Source: Camelus ferus (Eukaryota). From it: a DNA stretch of 64,000 nt. The stretch spans positions 62,002,001-62,066,000 of the forward strand of contig NC_045696.1 in NCBI RefSeq assembly GCF_009834535.1. Direction: 5' to 3'. Shown here piece by piece: positions 1-12,029 of this stretch (positions are counted from its first letter, which is position 1; each line of letters begins with the position of its first letter). The position numbers were made by a program, and so were the translations under genes. The notes below the pieces were generated by a model. The model was not told the DNA's origin, searched no databases, and saw only the letters and a program-made list of their open reading frames with translations.

Positions 1-1610
1 TGGAGATGTAATTTACATAAACTCCACACTTTTAATGGGGACAGTTTAGTGTTTGATATATTCACAAGCATGTGTAACCACTACCATACTCTAATTCCAA
101 AACATTTTCATCAGCCCCCGCCAAAACCCACAACCCATTAGCATTCATTTCCTTCTTCCTTCTCTCCTTTGACCCTGGCAACCCCTATTTTACTTTCTGA
201 CTCTAAGGATTTGTCTATTTTGTACATTTTAAATGAATGGGATATTATAAATATGTGGCTATTTGGGTATGGCTTCTTTCACTTAGCTTGTTTTCACGGT
301 TCATCCTGCTTGTAGCCTGTTTCAGTACTTCATTACTTATGATGGCTGAGTAATACTCCATTATATAGATACTCCATATTTTATCTACTATGCTGAATTT
401 ATTCTTTTTGATACTACTGTAAATTGAATTGTTTTCTTAATTTCACTCTAAGGTTGTTCAATGCTTGTATATAGAAACACAACTGTTTCTTGTGTAGTGA
501 TTCTCTGTCCCACAAACTTGCTGAGCTTGTTTATTAAATTATTAACTCTGACAGTTCTTTTGGATTTCCTAAGATTTTCTATATGTAAGATCATGGCATC
601 TATAGAGACAATTTTGCTTCTTCCTTTTTAATCTAGAAAGAGTTTGTTTCTTTTTCTTGTCTAACTGCCTACCTAGAAACTCCAGTACAATGTCAAATAC
701 AAGTGGCAAGAATGGACACCCTTGCCTTGTTCCTGATCTTAGAGGGAAAGCTTTCACTATTTCAGCATTTAGTGTGACATAAGCTATCGGTTTTTCAGTC
801 ACCCTTTATCAGGCAGAGGAAGTTCTCTACTATTCCTAATTTGTTTGGTGTTTTTATGATGTAAAGTGTTGGTGTTTGACAAAAGCTTTTTCTATTGAGA
901 TAAGTGGTCATGTGGTTTATGTCCTTAACTCTATTAATATGGTGTCTTACTTCTATTGGTATTCCTATGTTGAACCAGCCATGCACTCCTTGGATAAATT
1001 CCACTTGGTTATGGTGTACAATCCTTTTTATGCTAGTGTATAATCCTCTTTTATGCTGTTGAATCCAGCTAGCTATTTTGTTGAGGATTTTTACATATAA
1101 ATTTATAAGGGATTTTACAGTCTTCTCTTCTTGTCATATCTTTGTCTGGTTTGATATAATAACAATATTGACCCTGTAGAATGAGTTGGGAAGTGTTATT
1201 CATACCTATCCCTTTTTTGGGAAGAGTTTGGGAACAACAGGTGTTATTTAAATATTCTATAGACTACACTAGTGAGGCTGTCTCATCCTGGGCTTTTTCC
1301 TTTGTGCGAAGTTTTGATAATCTATTCAATCTCCTTAATTGTTATAGTTAGTTTCTATTTCTTCTTGAATCAGTTTCAATAGTTTATGTCTTTCTAGGAA
1401 CTTATCAACAATTGTACAATATATGCAACTATATATCATATACAAGCTATATATAACATATATTATAAAATGTTCTTTGGTTTTTAACAACAATTTTTGT
1501 TTTAAAGTCTACTTTGTTTGATCTTTGTATAGCCATTCTGTATGTTTCTTGGTTACTCTCTGCATGGTATATCTTTCCCAATATTTTAGTTTCAACAAAG
1601 ATTGAATCTA
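1..1610 (-). mobile_element. Old L1 fragments (3' UTR, ORF2 RT region, endonuclease region)
   Basis: ORFs 569..802 (FPLRSGTRQGCP) and 795..1004 (FIQGVHGWFNI) are L1 ORF2-like; the EN-like segment near 1500-1610 resumes at 3897-4030. Confidence 0.85.
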
Positions 1611-1619
1611 TTTTTAATG

Positions 1620-2613
1620 GATTTTCTAGTATGAATATTATTAATACAAATATTCCAGAAATTATATGAAATTCCAGAAAATCTGGTATGTATGTCATCA
1701 TCCATAATTATCATTATCATCTTAACATGTTGTATGTCACAGAAATAACTAAATTTTCTTGTCACTGCATTATAATTACTTCTCATTAGATATTTAACCA
1801 TGGCCATTTTTAAGTCTTGCCATATACAGTTATTGCTTTACTCTGTTTTTGTAATGTGTTTCATTTTCAGAGACTCATGGGAAGGGCTCTGACATGTACT
1901 CAAGAATACAGGCTTCTGATAACTTTCAGATCATACCACTGAACTGGGTAGAAAGTTACATGACACTAACAGAAAAACTGATGGCTTCATAAAATTGCTA
2001 ATAAAAGATCACAATCAACAAGAATTAATTACATGGGAGTGGATGAACTGGTCAGGGTAATTATAATTTTGTGATTTTGTTTGAAACTGTTGGTTCTCTA
2101 GTCTTTCATTTTTTCCAGATTTAAGGAAACTTCTTCTCTTAAGCTGTCTATGATGTACAACAATTTGGTAAGGTATATCTTTGTGGAAAAAGATGAAATA
2201 TTTATCGTTTCCTCCCTACCACGATCCCTCCAGAATTAGAAAACTCTCAGTGAGTATGCCTCTTTTCACGGTAATATAGTTATTTGTTCATGGCAATATA
2301 GTTATCTCTTCAATAGGAATCTGTTCTCCTTGTAACAGGACACAGTTGGAAACATTGTTTGTATCACCAGAGTTTTGACTGGAACATCATATTTGAGAAT
2401 GTGCAGGCTCAGATATAACCAGACCAACTTGGAAAACCAGCTTGGTAGCTTGCTTATAGGATTCCTAGCATTGTTGTCAGATGAGTAAGGGAGGTCACTT
2501 CCTGGCATGTGCAGGAAACTCGGAATATTTTGAGGACCTCAAGAAGAGAGGGATTAACCCAAATCCATGGCTATTGTAGATGAAATCTGATGGCAAGTCC
2601 TTGGCTTGCAAAA
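1620..2613 (+). mobile_element. ERV1 (MER4-group-like) internal fragment without LTRs
   Basis: Motifs such as gtatgtcacagaaataactaaattttcttgtca and caggacacagttggaaacattg resemble non-autonomous ERV1 internal consensus sequences (recalled). Confidence 0.55.
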
Positions 2614-2662
2614 GTGTTTCATTTTCAGAGACTCATGGGAAGGGCTCTGACATGTACTCAAG

Positions 2663-3657
2663 ATGTTCAGAGAACTCAAGAGGAGTATAGATGCACAGAG
2701 TGAAGTTTTTAGCAAAGAGCTGGAAAATATAAAGAATACCCAAACAGAGTTAAAGAATAAAATCGCTGAAATGAATAACACAGTAGAAGGAACCAAGAAT
2801 AGACTAAAAGAGGCAGAAGAATGGATCAACGAGCTAGAAGACAGATAGATTAGTGGAAATCTCTACTGCAGAACAGAAAAAAAGAAAAAGAATGAAAAGA
2901 AATGAGGACAGTTTAAAGACATGAGGATAGAACTCTGGGACAATATGAAGTGCACCAATATTTGCATTACTGGGGTCCCAGAAAGAGAAGAGAGAGAAGA
3001 ACCTGAGAACATTTTTGGAGAGATAATCACTGAAAACTTCCCCAGCTTGGGAAAGGAAACAGTCACCCAAGTTCAGGAAGCACAGAGAATTCCACACAGG
3101 ATCAACCCAAAGAAGAATGTACCAAGGCACATAGTAATCAAATTGATAAAAACTAAGAATAAGGAGAAAATATTAAAATTTGTTGCAAGAGAACAGCAAC
3201 AAATAACACATACAAGGGAACTCCCGTGTGGTTATCAGCTGATTTTTCAGCAGAAACTCTATAGGCCAGAAGGGAGTGGCAAGATATATTTAAAGTGATG
3301 AAAGGGAAAACTTACAACCAAGAATACTCTATCCAGCAAGGCTCTCATTCAGATTTGATGGAGAAATCAAAAGCTTCACAGATAGCTCGCAGTGAAAAAA
3401 AATGTGACAATGAATATATGCATGTTTACGTATAACTGAAAAATTGTGCTCTACACAGGAATTTGATGCAACATTGTAAAATGACTATAACTCAATAAAA
3501 AAATGTTTAAAAAAAAAAGCTTCACAGATAAACAAAAGCTAAAAGAATTCAGCACCACCAAACCAGCTTTACAACAAATGTTAAAGAAACTTCTCTAGTC
3601 ATCAAACCGTATGAAAAGAGAACAGAAAGAAGAGAGAGAGAGAAAAAAAGACCTACA
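2663..3657 (+). mobile_element. L1 ORF1 fragment (frameshifted)
   Basis: ORFs 2663..2848 (coiled coil ..EAEEWINELED) and 2921..3298 (NICITGVPE, ENFPSL, QEAQRIP, PRHIVIKL). Confidence 0.9.
3385..3514 (+). mobile_element. 5'-truncated lineage L1 3' end with poly(A), nested in ORF1
   Basis: Perfect 16-bp TSD aaaagcttcacagata at 3369-3384 and 3515-3530; AATAAA followed by an A tail. Confidence 0.9.
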
Positions 3658-3896
3658 AAAGATTGCTTTGGCAGTTTGGGGTCTTTTATGATTCCATACA
3701 AATTTTGGAATTGTTTGTTCCACTTCCTTGGAAAATGTTGTGAGTACTTTGACAGGGGTTCCACTGGATCTGTAGATTGCTTTGGGTAGTACAGTACAAT
3801 CCAAGAGCACAAGATACCTTTCCATTTCTTTGTATCATCTTCAATTTCCTTCATTAATATTTTACAGTTTTCAGAGTATAGGTAACCTCTTTGATG
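3658..3896 (-). mobile_element. L1 ORF2 fragment, inverted relative to the adjacent ORF1
   Basis: ORFs 3549..3899 and 3595..3825 (LYSENCKILMKEIEDDTKKWK; LPKAIYR; KFVWNHKRP). Confidence 0.85.
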
Positions 3897-4229
3897 CAAA
3901 GTTTGAATCTAAAATGTCTGTTGTAGAAAGTTAGATCTTTTTTATCTACCCTGTTGATACCTGTCTTTTAATTGGTGTTTTTAACCAATTTACCTTCAAA
4001 GTAATTACTGAAAAAAAGATTCACGCTATCCTTTTTTTTTTAAACAGGCTGGGGTTAGATACCCAAACAAAATGGAAAATTTTACAAAGAGAATAATTTG
4101 GCAAAGTATGGTAAGATAAGCAAATGTCTACCACACTGGTTTCTCATATGTGTAACTGGAAAATAACTTAAAAATTTCACTTTATCTTGCAACTATTAGT
4201 AATAATTGGTTCAGGCAAGAATTACCATG

Positions 4230-5030
4230 CTAAACCAGTGAATGAAAGCCTGAAGATAAAGACATTTACATACATCAAAGTACGTCCCCACAAATGATTC
4301 ACTAATTTTAAAGGGGAAAACAGTCACTTGTCCATGAGGAAGCCTGCCAGACATTGCTTTAACCAAGTGATCAAAGATAACATCACTATAATGGAACATA
4401 TTGATATCATATACCTTTGGATAAACAGCAATGAGGACACAACATCTCTTTCATAGCATTTCTGCCAAAAACATATAACCTAAGTCCAATCCTAAGGAAA
4501 ATATCGGAGAAACTCATTTAAGGGGCATTCTACAAAATAACTAGTCTGCACTTTTCATTGATGTGCATTGATATGAGAGACACAGAAAGGCAGAGGAACC
4601 ATTCCAAACTGATGGAGATTAAAGACAAATGAAAACTAAATGAAATGTGTGATGCAGGACCAAAAACAATTGTTATAAAGGACTAGAGGTCTGTACCATA
4701 GATAATAGTATTGCATCGCTGTTGACTGTCCTGATTTTGAAAACTGTCCTGTGGTTATGTAAATGAATGTCTTTGTTCTTAGCAGATACACACTGAAGTA
4801 TTTAGCAAAGGGGTATGAGATCCGCATCCTTCTCTCAAATAGTTTGGGGGAAATATGTGTATGTACACACATACATATAGATATACACAGAGAAAAAAGT
4901 AAAAGTGAATGTGGCAAAATGTTAATAACTGGTGAATCTGGGTAAAAGATTATGTGGCACTTCTTTGTACTATTTTTTTGCAGCTTTGCTTTACATTTGA
5001 AATTATTTCAAACTAAAAAGTTTTAAATTT
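4230..5030 (+). mobile_element. Old L1 (L1MC/L1ME-type) 3' UTR
   Basis: Diagnostic motifs ttaaccaagtgatcaaag and ttctttgtactattttttgcagct, with terminal tttgaaattatttcaaa. Confidence 0.7.
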
Positions 5031-5729
5031 TAAGGTAATACGAGACAGAAATATATGAAATTGTTCAATAAATGAAACATTCTAATCAGTGTTATTATTT
5101 AGCTAGAGAAGCACTAAAGAACTGTGGCTTAGTCCTTGAGTGACTGTACTAAAGCAGAGCCTACCCTGATTAAGACAGTATATATAGTACCAAAGAGATA
5201 ACCTTAGGATTTCTGGTAGATGAAATACATGACCTAGGACCAGAGTGGTATCAGATCCGACTCTAATAAAAAAACTCTGGCTACCATTTACTCCCAAAAC
5301 CACTAGAGGGGCTCAGGAATATCTGTAGAGATAATTGGCAGGTGACTGAGAAAGAAAGGTTCTAGGGTGACTATTCAGTGTCTGTACTCAAAGAGTAGTG
5401 CAGTAGGTCTATCAGTCCATCTACCTGCACTACCCATATTCTCTTCTTAGGGAATCTACTCCAGCGTGGAACCTCTGAAGATGAAATTAGAGATGGAGCA
5501 TTTGCATGCCATCCATTTGGCTATTTGTTTTCTTTATGCCTTTATGCCTTTTGTTCCTCTATTACTAACTGTTGTTAAAGATTATCTTTTCTCATGTTTT
5601 TCTCTTGTCCTAAGGTCTTTCCTATTGCTTTCAGGGTATTTCCCAAGAGAAGCTTAGAAACCTTTAAAATTTTTAAGTTTACCGATACATACTGCCAAAT
5701 AGAAGGCTGTATTTAACTTACAATAACAT

Positions 5730-5850
5730 TAGGGTGAGCAATTGTTTGGGACTTTCCATTTTAAAACTGAGCCTACAGGGGTTTCCAGCCTGGAGCTGTC
5801 AGTGCTAAACCTGGGAAAGTTTTGGGTGAACCAGGGTGCTGGTCAGTCTA
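5730..5850. mobile_element. hAT MITE, MER96-like
   Basis: Degenerate terminal inverted repeats tagggtgagca ... tggtcagtcta. Confidence 0.5.
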
Positions 5851-8151
5851 ACATATCCTAGCAGTGTGTCAGTGACCCATATAAAGTGGTCCCACATGGA
5901 CAATTTAAAAAATATCTATTTTTGTTTTGTTTTTCACACCTAACTCTAAGCTGACTGAACATTTATTTTGACATGAGGTGTGAAGTGAGGTTATAAGCTA
6001 ATTTTATTCCTCTAAATAACTAGCTAATTCATCCAACACTTATTTTTAAAAATCCATTCCTTACCTCTAATTTGCCCTTATCATACTCTGAATTATTTTT
6101 AAAATTTAAATTACAGTGTAACTCACAAGCAATAAAAATGTACAAATTTTAACAGTTCAGTTGGAAGGATTTTTGACAACTGTGTATGTCCACTGAAACT
6201 ACAACCCCAAACACACCTTTTCCATCAACCAACCTAGAAATCTCCATTGTGCCTCTTTATAATAGTACAATTGCCAGCAACCACTTTCTGACTTTTATCA
6301 ACACAAATTAATGCTGTCTGCTCATGATTATCTTGTAACTGGAATCACAAAGTATGTATTTTTTGGGTGCGTTCTGTTTTACCCAACATGATGTTTTTTA
6401 GTGTCATTTATGTTGTTTTGAGTTTTATTATTTATTTATTATCATTCCTGTTGAAGCGTTTTTGTAAATGTAAGATTCCTTGGGTAAAATCTGGGTAATA
6501 AAGTTAGATGTATGTTTAATTTCTTTAAAACTTCCCCAAAAGTCCTTGTAGTGGTTGTACAATTTTACATGCCTACCAGTAATGAGTAAGACTTATAACT
6601 GCTCCATATTCTCGCCAATGTTTGTTATCATTTTTTTCTCTGTAGCCATACAACTGGGTAGGATATGGTACTTCATTATGACTTTAAAAATGTTTTTTAT
6701 TTAGGCATAATTTACACTGAATAAGGTAATCTTTTTTAGTTTACAGGTAAGAGTTTTGACAATTGTGTATGTTGTATAGCCAATGCCACAATCAAGATAT
6801 GGAAAAGTTGTATCACTCCCACCCAAATTCCTCTAAACCCATTTATTTAATGTGTTGTTTGCACTGCCCTGATGCCTAATGTTAAGTACCTTTTCATGTG
6901 TTTATAGGCCATTCATAAATCTTGTTTTGAGAAATATCTGTCTAAGTCTTTTGCTCATTTTTAAATTGAGTCACTCATCTTTTCATTGTTGCTTTGTGGG
7001 GAAATGTTTATATACTCTGGATATGTCTTTTGTGAGATACACGTACTGAGAATATTTTTTCCCACTGTATGACTCATCTATTTGGTTTCTTAATGGCATC
7101 ATTTTTTATGGTCAGTGTTTAACATGTTTTGTTCAAGAAACTTGTCTACCTCAGGGTTGCAAAGATATCCTCCATTGTTTTCTTCTACGATGATTATTGC
7201 TCTGGGCTTTACATTTAGATTTGTAACCCATCTAGAATTAATTTTACATCTGGAGTAAGACTGACTTCAGGTTTGTATTTTCCCATACAGATAACCAGCT
7301 GTTTCAGCATCATTTATTAAAAAGACTTTTCTTTCACCTATGAACTGACTTGATACAGTCCTGGGTACCATTTAAGAAATTTTTGCCTAATCCAGGTTCA
7401 CTAAGATTTTTTTATGTTTTCTTCTAGAAATTTAGCTTTAGAATCCATTTCAAGTTAATTTTTGCAGATGATGAGTGGTAAGGCTAGAGTTATATTATTC
7501 TTCTTTCATCTACTTATACTATCAATTATAGAAGAGGGTGTTTAAATCCTGAACTGTGACTGTAGATTTATCCATTTCTCTCCCTAGTTCTGGCAATTTT
7601 TGCTTCACGTACTTTGAAAGGATCATTAGGTACATACACACTGAGGACTGTTACGTCTTTTTGATGAAAAGATGCATTTATTATTGTGAAATCTCTAAGT
7701 AATACCACTTGTCTTGAAGTCTTTTCCTGTCTTATATAAATATAGTCACATCATCTTTCATATGTTGTTTATATGGTACAATTTCTTCCACTCTTTTACT
7801 TACAACATATTAATCTTTATTTCTAACGTGAATTTCTGACAAAGGGTCTGTTTGGGTCTTGGTTTTTTGAACCAAGCTGAAAATTTCTGCATCTTAACTG
7901 GAGTGCTAACTATCATGTAGATATAGTTGGATTTTAATCTCACATCTTGGCATTGCTTTTTTTTTTTAACCTTGTCTTTTCATCCTTCCCTGCCTTTGTT
8001 TGGAAAAAAAGGATGTGTTTTATCTTATTTCATTTTAGCTCCTTTATTGACTTTCAAAAACTGTACATTTTTGTAGTATTATTAGTGCTTCCTCTAGAGA
8101 TTATAACATGCAAGTATAAGTTATCACAGGCTCTTTCAAATAATTTTGTAC

Positions 8152-8283
8152 TGGAAGAAGGTAGAACTCAGTGGTAGAGTGGATGCTTAGCAGGCACAAG
8201 GTCCTGAGTTCAATACCCAGTATCTCCATCAATAAACAAACAAACCTAATTACCTCCCTCATCCAAAAAAAAAAAAGAACTCA
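8152..8283 (+). mobile_element. tRNA-Ala-derived SINE (camelid Vic-1 type)
   Basis: A/B-box remnants aactcagtgg and gagttcaatac; tail ctaattacctcc plus poly(A); TSD caaataatt(t/c)tgta at 8137-8150 and 8284-8297. Confidence 0.85.
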
Positions 8284-8360
8284 CAAATAATTCTGTATCA
8301 CTTCACAAACGTATAAGAACCAAGAGGATAATTCCATCCTCCCTTTCAATTTGTGCTCTA

Positions 8361-8480
8361 GTGCTCTTATATTTTACTTTTCCTTATGTCGTAACTCACA
8401 CAATACAATGCAGTTATATTGTGCTCTTATATTTTACTTTTCCTTATGTCGTAACTCACACAATACAATGCAGTTATTTT
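8361..8480. repeat. Tandem duplication, 2 x 60 bp (59/60 identical)
   Basis: gtgctcttatattttacttttccttatgtcgtaactcacacaatacaatgcagttat begins at 8361 and again at 8421. Confidence 0.95.
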
Positions 8481-11164
8481 GTTTTAAACAGTCAATAGTC
8501 TTATGTGAAGTCATCTTCTAAAAATGTATTTTTATATTTATCCAGGTATTTACTCTTTCTATTATTCTTAATTTCTTTCTGCAGATCTAAGTTCCATCTG
8601 ATACAATTTTTCTTTAACCAGAACAACTTCTAGTATTTCTTTTAAGTCTATCAGAAACAGATTCTCTAAGATAGTGTCTATCTGAAAATGTCTTGATTTC
8701 AATGTCATTTCTGATGACTAATTTCACCAGATATATATCGGATTCTAGATTGTCAGTTTTTTCTTTCACCACTTTAAAAATACTGTTCAATTGTTTTATG
8801 TCTTCTATTATTTCCAGTGAGAAGCCAGCTGTCACTTGTATTGTTCCTATATATGTAACGTGTTTCTATGTTTGCTTTTAACATGTGCTCCTTAACACAG
8901 CTTTCTAGCCTTTGGGACATATCTGGGTCTGGTTTGCTTTTTATGTATTCTGCTTTGGGTTTGTTGAGCTTCACAGATTTGTGAGTTGGTATCTTTCATC
9001 AGTTTTTGAAAGTTCTCTGGCATTATATCTTCAAAGATTCTATCTGCTCTTTGTTTTCTGATATTATTGTCCAATATCTCCTCTTAATTTTCATAGATCT
9101 CAGATGCTCTGGTGTTTTTCCTTCCCAATCTTTTTTCTTCTCTAGCTTTATGTTTCAGTTTGGAAACTTTCTCTGACATATGTTTAAGTTCACTGATTCT
9201 TCCCTCTGCTGAGTCCAGTGTGCTGTTATGCCTTTCAAGCAAAATTTTTATTTGTGATAGTTTAAAAATTTTTTTCTACCAATTCCATGATTCATCTTTT
9301 GTAGTTTCTATGTCTTTGCTGAAATTCTCCATTATTTTCATCTATATTGTCTACCTTTACTCTTACATGCTTTAGTATTTTTATCATCATCATGATTTTA
9401 CCTTATTTAAAACCACCTGTTTGATGAAACCAGTATCTGAGCCTTTTCTCAAGTTACTTATATTGACTGCTTATCATCTTGACAACTAGCTTTCCTTTTT
9501 CATGTGTTTTGCAATTTTTAATTATAAAGTAGACATTTTAGAGAAAATAACAGTAAAGGCTGAAATAAATACTATTTAATTCCAGAATAGGGAATAACCC
9601 TTGTATTAGGCCACTAAAGTGATGCAACTGCAACTATATGATCTGTAGTTGAGATGTTACTGGATTTTGTTGCAGCTTTGGGTTTAGTTTCAAATGTTGA
9701 GAAGAGGATTAAGACTTTTCCTTCTGAGAGCCTTAGGAATATGAGGACTAGTAAAATGCTCAAGATCTCATCTCATCTCACACACACACACACAGCTTCA
9801 TAACCCTGCTGTTAACTTACTGAGGTTGCTGGTAACTTCTCTTTACCCTCAAGACCTGTCCCAGGTTTGCTGTGTCTTGGAGATATTTGTTGGTCCACAT
9901 TGCCTCATAGGGCTTTTTCTCAGCTCTCTTGCTCACTTTCATCCCTTAGCAGCTAAGTAGTTAGTTTTCACAGATCTGCCCAAGGTTCCCCTATTTATTG
10001 GCAGATGTCTTGTATTTTGGGATGCCCTGGATGACTCAGTAATAATTTTCTCTTCTCTGCTGGTTCACAACCTTTGATTACCTCCAAGCACTCAGTGAAG
10101 ACCCATGGAAAAGAGCTGGCCGGTAGATACAGACTTGCTCTGTGGCTTTCCAGAGTTTTTATCAGTTTCATCAGTCCACTGAGGCCATTACACGTTGGGT
10201 AAAGTTTTGGCTGGTTTCTTCCTGTCTCTGTCTAATCTTTCTGTTCCTCCAATCACTCTACCAAGGAGGAGCTTCCCCTTCCATGGGTGTTTTCTTGTCT
10301 ATGAAGGGCTAGTTACAATCAGGAAGTTAGTTTATTTAGGTTACTTTGAATCCTCAGTTCTCTAATGAGTTTAGTTTTTCTAAACTTATCCAGATTGTTT
10401 CGGTTGTCACAGTAAGAGTGATGGTCTCTTAAGACCTACATTCTAACATTGTAACTAAGGTGTATTTCTGCTTTACAAATCTGTTCCAATAATCACTATT
10501 CTTGGGTAGTACTATGCTATTTCAGTTGCTGTAGCCTGAGGTATGAGTGCAGTTTCTATTTACTAGAACTGCATATTAATAATTTCCTTTATTTTCTAAG
10601 ATTGTAGTACTGTAATCCTTAACAAAGTACTTTTGCATATTTGAAGACTCAAATTCCCAAAATTTTCATTCAAACACCAGTTGGTTTCATTCAAACACCA
10701 TGATCTCAGAAGAACTAAAACAAAAAAGAGCTCTATTTCTTTTGCAAATGATCAATCATCTTTTTGTTTCGGATTCAGTCTATCTTGAACTATAAAGGAT
10801 CCTCAAAAAGATAGGCTGTAGGAATATGTTGATGTATCTCAGTATGTGCAGGGAAGGGTCAGGTAGCAAGAGGGACTGATCTGAAAACGGCAATAAAAGA
10901 TCCAATTTTTGGAATGCTTTCCCTATCATGTTCCAGTAACAAAACTCTTTGGTTTGAAGAATATTTTCCTTTACTTTATATCTTGTAGTTGAGAAGCTCT
11001 TTATTGATTTACACTGAAGAAATGATTTAAAATAATTATCTGTACTGAATAGCATTGTTGACACAGGATATAGTTTTTTTCTATAACTCAGATTCTAAAA
11101 TATCAGAAAGTGTTACCCAAATTTTTAATTAAAAACAAAACAGCATAGCATAATATAATTTAAG

Positions 11165-11300
11165 GTGAATCCTGGCTATACCATTTATTAGATATTATTA
11201 GCTACTATGGGTAATTAACCTCTTAAGTTCAGTTTTCTTATTGGAAAAATGATGGTAAGAATGTGATGCTCCTGAGTTTACCACAAGCAATGTAAGATAT
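11165..11300 (+). mobile_element. MIR fragment
   Basis: aatcctggct..ccatttattag..taacctcttaagttcagttttctta..aaaatg resembles the MIR core. Confidence 0.5.
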
Positions 11301-11490
11301 TTTTCAAAGAATACCACTCCCCAATTCAAGCAGAACTGGATATCCACATATAAAGTAAATAAAGTACTACTGACATTAAATTCACAATGCCAAATTTAGA
11401 ACGTAAGAAAACCATGTACTATATAAGTTACCATAACGTAACATTAGATACCTACAAACTTCAGAAAACAGAACTATTATTTATAGAATA

Positions 11491-11907
11491 CAGGCATATC
11501 TCATTTTATTGTGCTTCACAGATACTGCATTTTTTACAAATGGAAGGTTGGCAACCCTGCTTTGAGCAAGTCTATTGGTGCCATTTTACCTCACTTTGTG
11601 TATTTGCATTTGCTCACTTCATGCCTCTGTGTCACATTTTAGAAATTCTTGCAATATTTCAAACCCCACACCAGCAAAAAAGATTATAACTTTCTGAAGG
11701 CTCAGATGATGGTTAGCATTTTTCAGCAGTAAAATATCCTTTACACTGTTTTTTTTTTGACATAATTCTAATAGAGTACCATATAGTATAATCATAAGTT
11801 TAGCGTGCACTAGGAAGCCAAAATATTTATTTGACTTGCTTTATTGCAACATTTGCTTTATTGTAGTGGTCTGGAACTAAACCTGTAATATCTCTGAAGT
11901 ATGCCTG
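11491..11907 (+). mobile_element. Tigger1 internal-deletion derivative (TcMar-Tigger)
   Basis: Termini caggcatatctc ... gaagtatgcctg flanked by TA; Tigger1 5' and 3' end sequences joined. Confidence 0.85.
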
Positions 11908-11959
11908 TATATAATAAATAGGTTTAAAAGAAAAACCTGAAAGACCGTAAGAAACTTTA

Positions 11960-12010
11960 CCAGTACCTCTGTTAAGATAAATAAACTTAATTACCTCCCC
12001 CCCACAAAAA
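11960..12010 (+). mobile_element. 5'-truncated Vic-1-type SINE tail
   Basis: cagtacctc..aataaacttaattacctcccc plus A tail; TSD aagaaacttta at 11949-11959 and 12011-12021. Confidence 0.7.
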
Positions 12011-12029
12011 AAGAAACTTTAAATAATCA

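Larger units (their letters stand above)
6100..10450 (-). mobile_element. Degenerate old L1 mosaic (3' UTR, ORF2, EN, ORF1, 5' UTR), sense to DLG1
   Basis: ORF1-like peptides at 8614..8835 (IKTFSD) and 8892..9074 (IFEDIMPENF); EN-like sequence ~7500-7930; L1M 5'-end-like sequence near 10330-10440. Confidence 0.7.
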
